A stretch of DNA of 32,000 bases from Longivirga aurantiaca (GTDB taxonomy: Bacteria; Actinomycetota; Actinomycetes; S36-B12; CAIYMF01): positions 1,809,876 through 1,841,875 of the forward strand of contig NZ_JBHSTI010000008.1 in NCBI RefSeq assembly GCF_042660085.1, read 5' to 3'. The position numbers and the translations under genes were made by a program. The first letter of the stretch is position 1. Each line of letters opens with the position of its first letter. Below the pieces are notes generated by a model that worked only from the letters and a program-made list of their open reading frames with translations, searched no databases and had not been told where the DNA came from. Shown piece by piece: positions 19,317 to 28,100 of this stretch.

Positions 19317-20597
19317 GTGCGTGCGGCGTTGCGTCAGCTCACCGGTCGGGGGCGGTTCCTGCTCGCCCTCGGCGGCATCGGGCTGATCGCGTCGCTCGTG
19401 CTCGAGCAGCGCGACCTGCTGCGCTTCGGCGTGCTCCTGGTCGCCCTTCCGCTGCTCTCGGCCGCACTGGTCTCGCGCACCCGCTACCGCCTCGCCTCGG
19501 CCCGCGGCCTGCGGCCCACCCGCGTGACCGTCGACGCCCCGACCACCGCCGTCGTGCGCCTCGAGAACGTCTCGCGGCTGCCGAGCGGCCTGCTGCTCGT
19601 CGAGGACGCGGTGCCGTGGCAGCTCGGCCGCTCGCAGCGCTTCGTCATCGACCGGCTCGAGTCGGGCGGGCGGCGCGACGTCCGGTACGAGCTGCGCAGC
19701 CCGGTGCGCGGCCGCTACACCGTCGGCCCCGTGAGCGTGCAGCTCGTCGACCCGTTCGGCCTGTGCCGCGCCACCCGGCAGTTCGCGACCACCGACACCC
19801 TCACGGTCGTGCCGTCGACCGTGCCGCTGCCCGGCATCCCGCTCGGCGGCGACTGGTCCGGACTCGGCGAGGCGCGAGCGCGCGCGGTGGCCTCGGCCGG
19901 CGAGGACGACGTGATCCCGCGCGAGTACCGCATCGGAGACGACCTGCGCCGTGTGCACTGGAAGTCGACGGCCAAGAGCGGCGAGCTCATGGTGCGCCGC
20001 GAGGAGCAGCCGTGGCGCACGCGCGCGACGGTCTTCCTCGACACCCGAGCGGTCGCGCACCGCGGCGACGGGCCGGCCAGCTCGTTCGAGTGGGCCGTGT
20101 CGGCCGCGGCGTCGGTCGCGGTGCACCTCGCCCGGCGGGGCTACGCCGTCCGCATCCTCGACGCCGACGGCACCCTGCTCACGCCGGGCGCAACGGTCGA
20201 GGAGGGCTTCTCCGGGGCCGAGGCCGAGGGCCCGCTGCTCGACACGCTGGCGCTCGCCACGCTCACCGAGGGCATCGCACCCGGCGTCGGTGACGCCCGC
20301 GGGCGGTCGCGGGTGCGCGACGGCCTGCTCGTGGCGATCCTCGGCGACCTCGAGATCGGCCACGCCGAGGCCGTCGCCGCCCTGCGCAGCGGCCACTCGA
20401 GCGCGGCGGCCCTGGTGCTCGACACGTCGGGCTGGGCCTCGCGCGCCACGATGCCGGAGGACGGCCGCACCACCCGCACCGCCGCCCTGCTCACCGCGGC
20501 CGGCTGGCGGGTGGCCGTGTGCGGCCCGCAGACCGACCTCGCCGACACCTGGCGCCATCTCGCCGGCAGCGGCTCGGTCGCCGGAGGTGCCCGATGA
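19317..20597 (+). CDS. DUF58 (vWA-like) protein, the usual MoxR partner (426 aa)
   Basis: The GTG at 19317 is preceded by GGAGG with a 7-nt spacer. Two N-terminal TM helices are followed by REYRIGDDLRRVHWKSTAKSGELMVRREE, the characteristic DUF58 core. Confidence 0.85.
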   Translation: MRAALRQLTGRGRFLLALGGIGLIASLVLEQRDLLRFGVLLVALPLLSAALVSRTRYRLASARGLRPTRVTVDAPTTAVVRLENVSRLPSGLLLVEDAVPWQLGRSQRFVIDRLESGGRRDVRYELRSPVRGRYTVGPVSVQLVDPFGLCRATRQFATTDTLTVVPSTVPLPGIPLGGDWSGLGEARARAVASAGEDDVIPREYRIGDDLRRVHWKSTAKSGELMVRREEQPWRTRATVFLDTRAVAHRGDGPASSFEWAVSAAASVAVHLARRGYAVRILDADGTLLTPGATVEEGFSGAEAEGPLLDTLALATLTEGIAPGVGDARGRSRVRDGLLVAILGDLEIGHAEAVAALRSGHSSAAALVLDTSGWASRATMPEDGRTTRTAALLTAAGWRVAVCGPQTDLADTWRHLAGSGSVAGGAR

Positions 20598-22963
20598 GCG
20601 CGACCGACACCCGACCGGCAGCCGATGCCTCGGGCGCACTCGATCGGGCCCGCCCGGGTGCACCCGTCCCCCGCTCGCTCACCGTCCCGGGCGTGCTCCT
20701 GCCGACGATCGCGGTGTGGGTGGCCGTCATGCTCTCGGCCCTGTGCCTCGGCTCGCTGTACGTCGAGTCCGGCTGGATCGGCGCCACGATGCTCACGGTC
20801 ACCGCCGTCGTCGCGGCGGGCGGCCTCGCCACCTGGCTGCGCGTCCCGATGGTGCTCGTCCCGGTGCTGTGCGCGCTGGCGATGTTCTCCGCGCTGACGC
20901 TGCGGTTCGTGACCGACGCGCCCTGGGGGTTCGTGCCGTCGCCGTACGCCCTGGGCGAGCTGCGCGACCTCCTCGCCGTCGGCACCACCGACATCAGCCG
21001 CTTCGCCCCGCCCGTGCCCGTGACCGAGGGCCTCACGGCGGTGACCGCGCTCGGGATCGGCAGCGTCGCGCTCGTGGTGTTCGTGCTCCAGGTCGTCCTC
21101 CGACTGCCCGCGGTCGCCGGCCTCCCGCTCGTCGCCCTGTACGTCGTCCCCTCGGCCGTGCTGACGGTCGGCGCCCCCTGGTGGGCGTTCGTCTGCGTGG
21201 GCGCCGGCTGGCTGCTGCTGCTCGTGGCCGACGAGCGGCTGACCCTCATCAGCTGGGGCAAGCTGCTCAAGCGCAGCGACGGCCTCGGCGGCTCCGTGGC
21301 GCTGTCGGGCCTGTCGTCGGCCGCCTTCCGGCTCGGTGCGGTCGCCGTCGCGCTGGCGCTCGTGCTGCCTGTGGTGATCCCGGGACTGACCGACGCCGTC
21401 ATGGGCCGCAGCGTGACCGGTGGAGGCGAGGGCGAGGGCGGCGGCGAGGGCGGCGACCCGGCGTCGATCGGGCTCGACCCGATCGTGGGCCTGCAGCGCA
21501 ACCTGCTCAACAACCCCGACGTCACGGTGCTCACCTACCGCACCACCGACCGCACCCCGGGCTACCTCCGGGCCGTGGTGCTCGAGAACTTCGACGGCGA
21601 CTCGTGGAAGCCGCGTGCCTTCTCCCCGGACGCGGGGGCCACGCCGCTCGCCGACGGCGTCTACTCCCTCGACGGCCTGCCCGCCGAGGTGCCCCGTCAG
21701 GAGTACCGCTACGACCTCGCCGCGGACAAGCTCGACAGCCGGTTCCTCCCGCTGCCCGAGGAGCCGCTGACGGTCGGCCTGGACGGCGACTGGTTCGTCG
21801 ACCAGGCGACCAGCACGGTCTTCGGCGCCGACGAGTCCACGACCACGGCCGGACGCAGCTGGGGCGTCGACGCCGTCGAGGTCTCGCCCACCCCCGAGCA
21901 GCTCCGCGCCGCGGCGCCGCTCACCGGGCTCGAGCGCGCGGCGGTGCAGGGCTCGGTCGAGATCCCCGACTCCCTGGCCGAGACCGCGCGGCAGCTGACG
22001 GCGGATTCGGCCACCGACTTCGACTCCGCCCGGGCCCTCGAGCAGTGGTTCCAGAGGGAGTTCACGTACTCCACCAACGTGCAGTCGGACTCCTCCGCGT
22101 CGTACCTCGAGCAGTTCCTGCGCGACAAGACGGGCTACTGCGAGCAGTTCTCCGCGACGATGGCGCTGATGGCGACCTCGCTCGGGATCCGGTCGCGGGT
22201 CGTCGTCGGCTACACCAGCGGCACCGCCGTCGCGGGCGACGAGGGCGCGTGGCGGGTCTCGGGCAAGAACGCCCACGCGTGGCCCGAGCTCTACTTCACC
22301 GGCCTCGGCTGGGTGCGGTTCGAGCCGACGCCCGCCACGGGCGGCGCCGGGATCACCACGCCGCCGTACACCGGGCCTGCGGCCGACAACCCCACGCCGA
22401 CGCCGAGCGGCAGCGCGAGCTCGCGTCCGGCGGGCAACCGTGCCGAGCAGGACCTCGCCGACATCCGGGGCGACAAGGGCCTCGTCGTCGACCTGCCGTC
22501 GTCCGCCTCGGGCCTGCCAGCCGACTGGTGGCGCGCCTGGGTCTTCGGCGGGCTGGTCGTGCTCGCCCTGCTCGCCGCGCTCATCCCGGCCGCACGGCGC
22601 GTGCTGCGCCGGCGCCGGCGCCTCGGCGCCGAGGCCGACGCCGAGGCCGCCTGGTCCGAGCTGCGCGACAGCGCCATCGACGTGGGCGCCGAGTGGTCGG
22701 ACTCCCGCACGCCGCGCCAGGCCGTGGCGGCGCTCGTGGACGACCAGCGTCTCTCCGGTGCCGCAGCCGACGCCGCGACCCGGCTCGGACGGGCGGTCGA
22801 GCGCGCCCGCTACGCCCCCACTCCCCCGGACCTGACCCTCGTGACCGACGACGTGACGACGGTGCGCTCGGCGATGCTCCACCGGCTCGACCGGCGTCGA
22901 CGGGCCCGGGCGACCCTCGCCCCCGCGTCGCTGCGCGCGTCGCGCGAGGACGTGCGGGTCTGA
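20594..22963 (+). CDS. Membrane-anchored transglutaminase-domain protein, TgpA-like (789 aa)
   Basis: The ATG at 20594 overlaps the DUF58 stop as ATGA. The N-terminal half is multi-TM. The TGase core is KTGYCEQFSATMALM (Cys) ... NAHAWPELYFTGLGWVRFEPTP (His/Asp). Confidence 0.88.
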   Translation: MSATDTRPAADASGALDRARPGAPVPRSLTVPGVLLPTIAVWVAVMLSALCLGSLYVESGWIGATMLTVTAVVAAGGLATWLRVPMVLVPVLCALAMFSALTLRFVTDAPWGFVPSPYALGELRDLLAVGTTDISRFAPPVPVTEGLTAVTALGIGSVALVVFVLQVVLRLPAVAGLPLVALYVVPSAVLTVGAPWWAFVCVGAGWLLLLVADERLTLISWGKLLKRSDGLGGSVALSGLSSAAFRLGAVAVALALVLPVVIPGLTDAVMGRSVTGGGEGEGGGEGGDPASIGLDPIVGLQRNLLNNPDVTVLTYRTTDRTPGYLRAVVLENFDGDSWKPRAFSPDAGATPLADGVYSLDGLPAEVPRQEYRYDLAADKLDSRFLPLPEEPLTVGLDGDWFVDQATSTVFGADESTTTAGRSWGVDAVEVSPTPEQLRAAAPLTGLERAAVQGSVEIPDSLAETARQLTADSATDFDSARALEQWFQREFTYSTNVQSDSSASYLEQFLRDKTGYCEQFSATMALMATSLGIRSRVVVGYTSGTAVAGDEGAWRVSGKNAHAWPELYFTGLGWVRFEPTPATGGAGITTPPYTGPAADNPTPTPSGSASSRPAGNRAEQDLADIRGDKGLVVDLPSSASGLPADWWRAWVFGGLVVLALLAALIPAARRVLRRRRRLGAEADAEAAWSELRDSAIDVGAEWSDSRTPRQAVAALVDDQRLSGAAADAATRLGRAVERARYAPTPPDLTLVTDDVTTVRSAMLHRLDRRRRARATLAPASLRASREDVRV

Positions 22964-22993
22964 GGGAGTCCGCCACCGGACGGCGGTCACGTA

Positions 22994-23043
22994 GCACAGA
23001 CAGCGGCCGCGGACCCTGACGGGTCCGCGGCCGGTTGCTGTGC
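22994..23043. terminator. Bidirectional stem-loop between the convergent transglutaminase and DUF3040 genes
   Basis: CGGCCGCGGACCC-tgac-GGGTCCGCGGCCG forms a 13-bp perfect stem (23004-23033). It is extended by outer GCACAG / CTGTGC arms. Confidence 0.6.
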
Positions 23044-23050
23044 TGGGGGG

Positions 23051-23446
23051 CTACTCGCCGCCGTCGCCCTCGCGACGCTTGCGGAAGCGCTCGTCCATCT
23101 TGTCCATGAAGCCCGACTTGGGCGCCTGCGCCTTGGCCTTCTTGGTGGCGGGGGCGGCGGCCGGGGCGGCGGCCTCGGGCTCGGCGCGCAGCGTCTGGAT
23201 CACCACGAAGGTGCCGCCGAGCATCCCGAGGAAGCCGACGACGCCGAGCGGGATGATCGAGGTGGCGGCACCGGCGATGAGCAGCGCGACACCGACGAGG
23301 GCGACGAGCACGCCGATCGCGGCTTTGCGGCGGCTGCCCGGACGAGGACCGGCGGAGCGCAGGCTGGAGGCGAACTTCGGGTCCTCGGCGTAGAGGGCCC
23401 GCTCCATCTGCTCGAGCAGTCGCTGCTCGTGCTCGGAGAGCGGCAC
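23051..23446 (-). CDS. DUF3040-family small membrane protein (131 aa)
   Basis: The GTG at 23446 is preceded by GAGGAGGA. The N-terminus MPLSEHEQRLLEQMERALYAEDPKF is the DUF3040 signature. Two TM helices follow. Confidence 0.85.
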   Translation of the reverse strand: MPLSEHEQRLLEQMERALYAEDPKFASSLRSAGPRPGSRRKAAIGVLVALVGVALLIAGAATSIIPLGVVGFLGMLGGTFVVIQTLRAEPEAAAPAAAPATKKAKAQAPKSGFMDKMDERFRKRREGDGGE

Positions 23447-23581
23447 GGCTCCTCCTCAGGTGTCGGGCACGGGGTGCGCCCATGTTCTACACGTCTGAGG
23501 ATAGGCAGCACGGGCCGATGTGGAAACCCAGAGTCCCCAAGTGGTCCCCGGAGTGTCGATCGGGCGGCGTGCCGGCACCGT

Positions 23582-23622
23582 CCTCAGGTGGTCCATCGGC
23601 ACCGTCCCGGGTCCACCTGAGG
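23582..23622 (-). terminator. Stem-loop about 75 nt downstream of dinB (CCTCAGGTGG ... CCACCTGAGG)
   Basis: The arms are 10-bp perfect with a 21-nt loop. It lies within a palindrome-rich 250-nt spacer and has no U-tract. Confidence 0.3.
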
Positions 23623-23695
23623 CGAACGGGATCGGCCGATCGGATCCACTGTGCACGACGAACCGGGCCCTCCGGGCGTTCCCGGCTGGGTCGGC

Positions 23696-25027
23696 TCAGC
23701 CCCGGCCGGGCCTCGGCGCGGTGGGCTGGATCCCGCCGAATCCCCCGTGATCGTCCGGCTCCTCGGGGCCGGGCACGAGGCGGGCAGGGCGCACCGACCC
23801 CCGCCCGAACCGGGCCTCGGCCCGGTCGACGGCCTGCTCGGCCTCGCGCCAGCCGAGCTCGGGCTCGTCGAAGAGCATCTGGCGCGTGGCATCGGCCGCC
23901 TCGACGAGCCCCTCGACCTTCACCCCGACCAGGCGCAGCCGGGCCCGCTGCAGGCCCAGCGCGTCGTAGAGGTCGCGAGCCGTGGAGTAGACCTCGCGGC
24001 CGACATCGGTGTGCGAGCGCAGGGTTCGCGACCGGGTGATGGTGGAGAAGTCGGCGAAGCGCACCTTGATCGACACCGTCCGGCCGGCGACCCCGGCCCT
24101 GCGCAGCCGCGAGGCCACCTTCTCCGACAGGCGCAGGAGCTCGCGGTGGATCACCTCGGGGTCGTCGACGTCGCGCGGGAAGGTCTCCTCGTTGCTGATG
24201 CTCTTCTCGCCCTCGGGCACCTCGACGCCGCGCGGGTCGCGGCCCCAGGCGAGCGCCGCGAGGTGCTGCCCCGCGGCCGGCCCGAGGGCGCGGACGAGGG
24301 TGTCGACCGGCGTGTGGGCGATGTCGCCGACGGTGCGGAGCCCGAGCCTCGTCAGCTGCTCCTCCGTCTTCTCCCCCACGCCCCAGAGCGCGCCGACAGG
24401 GAGGGGGTGCAGGAAGGCCACGACGCGGTCGGCGGGCACCACGAGCAGGCCGTCGGGCTTGGCCTGGGTGGAGGCGAGCTTGGCGACGAACTTGGTCGAG
24501 GCGACGCCGACGGTGCAGGTGATGCCCTGCTCGTCGTGCACCCGCGCCCGGATCTGCTCGGCGATGACCGCGGGCGGCCCGAGCCGTCGGATGCTCCCGG
24601 AGACGTCGAGGAACGCCTCGTCGAGCGAGAGCGGCTCGACGAGCGGCGTGATGTCGCGGAACACCGCCATCACGCCGGCCGACACCGCGGTGTAGAGCTC
24701 GAAGTCCGGCGGCAGCACGACGAGCTGCGGGCAGAGCCGCTTGGCGCGCGACATCGGCATGGCTGAGTGGACGCCGTACTTCCGGGCCTCGTACGTGGCG
24801 GCGGTGACGACGCCGCGCGAGCCCTCGCCGCCGACGATGACGGGCTTGCCGCGCAGCTCGGGGCGGCTGCGCAGCTCGCAGGACGCGTAGAAGGCGTCCA
24901 TGTCGACGTGCAGGATCGGGCAGCCGTCGTCCTCGCGCCGGCCGTCGTGGGCGACACGGGAGTCGCCGCTGGCCGAGACGTCGGCCTGGGTGATGCGCGC
25001 GCCCCGGGTGATCTGGCTGCGGCTCAC
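23696..25027 (-). CDS. dinB: DNA polymerase IV (Y-family), catalytic motifs intact (443 aa)
   Basis: The GTG at 25027 is preceded by GGAGG with an 8-nt spacer. The product contains ILHVDMDAFYASCE, SLDEAFLDV, VGVASTKFVAKLAS and GVGEKT. The start choice gives an N-terminal extension of about 36 aa and is uncertain. Confidence 0.9.
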   Translation of the reverse strand: MSRSQITRGARITQADVSASGDSRVAHDGRREDDGCPILHVDMDAFYASCELRSRPELRGKPVIVGGEGSRGVVTAATYEARKYGVHSAMPMSRAKRLCPQLVVLPPDFELYTAVSAGVMAVFRDITPLVEPLSLDEAFLDVSGSIRRLGPPAVIAEQIRARVHDEQGITCTVGVASTKFVAKLASTQAKPDGLLVVPADRVVAFLHPLPVGALWGVGEKTEEQLTRLGLRTVGDIAHTPVDTLVRALGPAAGQHLAALAWGRDPRGVEVPEGEKSISNEETFPRDVDDPEVIHRELLRLSEKVASRLRRAGVAGRTVSIKVRFADFSTITRSRTLRSHTDVGREVYSTARDLYDALGLQRARLRLVGVKVEGLVEAADATRQMLFDEPELGWREAEQAVDRAEARFGRGSVRPARLVPGPEEPDDHGGFGGIQPTAPRPGRG

Positions 25028-25065
25028 CGCCCCTGCCTCCGGCTCTGCTCGTGCTGCACGGGCCC

Positions 25066-25087
25066 ATCATGCGCCCTCGCACCGACC
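25066..25087 (-). promoter_or_regulatory. RecA-NDp-like motif upstream of dinB (GGTCGGTG-N8-CATGAT)
   Basis: The minus strand reads GGTCGGTG cgagggcg CATGAT. Compared with the published tTGTCRgtg-N8-TAnnnT, it matches 7/8 in the upstream box and has the correct spacing. The -10 keeps A2 and T6 but has C1. Confidence 0.3.
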
Positions 25088-25097
25088 ATGCCGCGGC

Positions 25098-25149
25098 GCC
25101 TCACGCTGTGCTGCCTCACGCTGTGCTGCCTCACGCTGTGCTGCCTCAC
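25098..25149. repeat. Perfect 15-bp tandem repeat x3.5 (plus strand TCACGCTGTGCTGCC; minus strand GGCAGCACAGCGTGA)
   Basis: I read this directly from the sequence. Full units lie at 25101-25115, 25116-25130 and 25131-25145, with partial units at both ends. The dnaE2 stop codon (25146-25148) is the first triplet of the partial fourth unit. Confidence 0.95.
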
Positions 25150-28100
25150 CATCCCGAGCTGCCCGGGCTCGAGTGCCACAGCTTGCTCGGGGCCTCCTTC
25201 TTCTCCTTCGCCCGCTCCTTCTCCGTGCCCGCCTGGCCGCGGGTGTCGGCGGCGTCGACGCCCTGGGGCTTGATGTCGGCGTACGGCGACTGCCGGAACC
25301 CGCTGGCGTGCACGAGCACGCGGCGCACGCGCTCGTCGCCCGAGAGCTCCGACCCGCGCTGGCCCATGCCGCCGGCGGCCGGTCCGGCGCCACCCGACGA
25401 CGCTGCCGCGCCGAGCCCGCCCGGACCGCCGTACTGCGCGCCCTGGGCGGCGGCCGGCACCACCGCGACCGGCCGGGTCGACCGGCTGCCCGCACGCCCG
25501 GCGACCGCGGCCTCGTCGGAGTCGTCGCGGGTGCCGCCGTCGTCGAGGATCGCGGCCACCGCGGGGAGGCCGCCCGCCCGCCAGGCGTCGTGCACGACGC
25601 CGAGCTCCCAGGCGCCGGTGGCGCGCAGCGAGATGCCGCGCGGGCCGGTGCGCCGGATCACCCCGCGTACGAGCAGCAGCCACGACCCGAACACCGTGGC
25701 CGCGTAGGGGCCCTGGGCGTCCTCGAAGAAGGTGGCGTCGACCGGGCCGGTGGAGTCGTCGAGGGTGAGGAACACGACGCGCCGGCCCGAGCGCACCGGC
25801 GGGGTCTGGGTGGCCACCTTCACCCCGGCCACGAGCACCTCGGACTGGCTGCGGCGCCCGAGCAGGTCGCGCGAGCGCGCGACGCCGAGGGCATCGAGCA
25901 TCGGGGCGTAGAAGTCCACGAGGTGCCGGCTGGCGTCGAGGCCGAGCACCTCGAGCTCGGCGCGCACCCGCTCGGCGTCGGTCATCTCGGGCAGGCCGCT
26001 CGCGGCCACCTCCCCCGGCGCGTCGCCGAGGTCGAGGGCGAGCTGCACGTCGAGGTCGGCGGCGGTGGTCGCGGCGGCCGGGCCCTGGGCCTGGCGCCGG
26101 GCGGCGCGCACGGTGTCGCGGTCGGCGTCCACGGTGACGCCGAGCGGGATGCCGGTGGGCCCGAGCGGGAGGTCGCGCCGCTTGCCCGCCGACCGGGGGG
26201 CGGCGGCCTTGGCCGCGCGCGTGGTGGCCCGGGTGTGCCGGTCGAGGTCGGCCACCTGCAGCAGGAGGTCGCGTCGGGTCACCCGGCCGCGGCGGCGCAC
26301 CGGGCTCGACAGGCCGATGCCGTAGAGGGAGTCGAACCCGCCCGCGACCACGAGCCGCTCGACCACCGGGCGGGAGACCCGGGCGCGGGTCCAGAAGTCC
26401 GACAGCGAGCCGTACGGCCGGCCCGCCACGATCCGCTCGACCTCGGCGTCGGTGATGCCCTTGACGTCGGCGAGCGAGAGCCGGATGCCGTACGCCGACC
26501 CGTCGGGCAGGCCGGGCACATCGGGGCCGCGGCGCGGGCGCTCGTCGAGGATCTCCGGCGGCGGCTCGTCGTACGGCGAGACCTTCTCGACGGAGTAGGT
26601 GCCCACCGACGCGTTGACGTCGAGGCTGAGCACCGCGATGCCGAGGTTGCGCGCGTCGTCGAGGATCAGCCGCTTCGGGTACATGCCCGGGTCGTGGGTG
26701 AGCACGCCGGCGAGGAACGCCGCCGGGTGGTGGGCCTTCAGCCACGCCGAGTGGTACGTCGGCAGCGCGAACGCGGCGGCGTGCGCCTTGCAGAAGCCGA
26801 ACGACGCGAACGCCTTGAGGACGTCCCAGACCTTCTCGATCGTCGCGAGCTCGTAGCCCTCGGCGCGGGAGGCGGGGTAGAACCACGCGCGGACGTCCTG
26901 CTGCCCCTCGGGCGAGCCCATGCTGCGGCGCACCTCGTCGGCCTCGGCGAGCGAGCAGCCCGTCATCACCGCGACGAGACGCAGCACCTGCTCGTGGAAG
27001 ACCACGACGCCGTAGGTCTCCTCGAGGGCAGGGCGGAGCGCGGGGTGCAGGTAGACGGGGTCGTTCCAGCCCTGCCGCGCGCGCAGGAACGGCGTGACCA
27101 TGTCGGACTTCACCGGCCCCGGGCGGAACAGCGAGATGTCGGTGATGAGGTCGCCGAAGGTCTCGGGCGCGAACTTGCCGACGAGCTCGCGCTGGCCGGG
27201 CGACTCGATCTGGAAGCAGCCGAGGGTGTGCGCGGACTTGATGAGCGCGAACGTCGCCTCGTCGTCGTGCGGCACGGCGTCGAGGTCGACCGTCTCGCCG
27301 TCGACGCGCTCGATCTCGGTGAGGGCGTAGGCCATCGACGACTGCATACGGATACCGAGGACGTCGAGCTTGAGCAGGCCGAGCTCCTCGACGTCGTCCT
27401 TGTCGAACTGGCTCATGGGGAAGCCCATCCAGCTGGCCTCGACCGGGGTGCGGTCGAGCAGCGTGGCGTCCGAGAGCAGCACGCCGCACGGGTGCAGGGC
27501 GATGTGCCGCGGCAGGCCGTCGAGCGCCTCGACGAGGGTGAGGAACCCGTCGAGCTCGCCGCGGGCGGCGAGGCGCCCGAGGCCCGAGGCCCGCAGCTCG
27601 GGCAGCTCCTGCAGCGCGTTGCGCGCATCGCGCGCGCGGATGTGCGGGAACGCGGTGGCGAACGCGTCGATCTCGCCGGGCGGCATCCCGAGGGCGGCGC
27701 CGACGTCGCGGACGGCGTGCCGCACGCGGTAGGTGTCGCGCATCGACACGCAGGCGCACCGCTCGCCGCCGAAGCGCTCGAGGATCCGCTCGTACACCTC
27801 GGTGCGGCGGGCGGACTCGACGTCGACGTCGATGTCGGGCAGCGCGCGGCGCAACGGCGAGAGGAACCGCTCCATGAGCAGGCCGTGGGCGAGCGGGTCG
27901 ACGCCGGAGATGCCGAGCAGGTGGTTGACGAGGCTGCCCGCGCCCGACCCGCGCGCGGTGACGCGGACGTCCATGCCCTTGATGAGGTCGACGACCTCGC
28001 CGACGGTGAGGAAGTAGCCCGCGAACCCGAGCACCCCGATCGTCTCGAGCTCGGCGTCGAGCCGCTCGCGCGCCTGCCGCGCGCGGTCGGCGCGGGTGCG

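Noticed and set aside
23696-25027. I considered whether the Y-family polymerase gene next to dnaE2 is ImuB.
   Set aside because: ImuB proteins lack the catalytic acidic residues. This protein retains DMDAFYAS and SLDEAFLDV plus the standard DinB architecture, so I call it Pol IV.
25098-25149. I considered whether the 15-bp tandem repeat is a CRISPR array or a coding pentapeptide repeat (MVRQHSVRQHSVRQHSV in ORF 25024..28938).
   Set aside because: Units are directly abutting with no spacers and there are only 3.5 copies. The ORF that would translate them is a spurious alternative frame of dnaE2.
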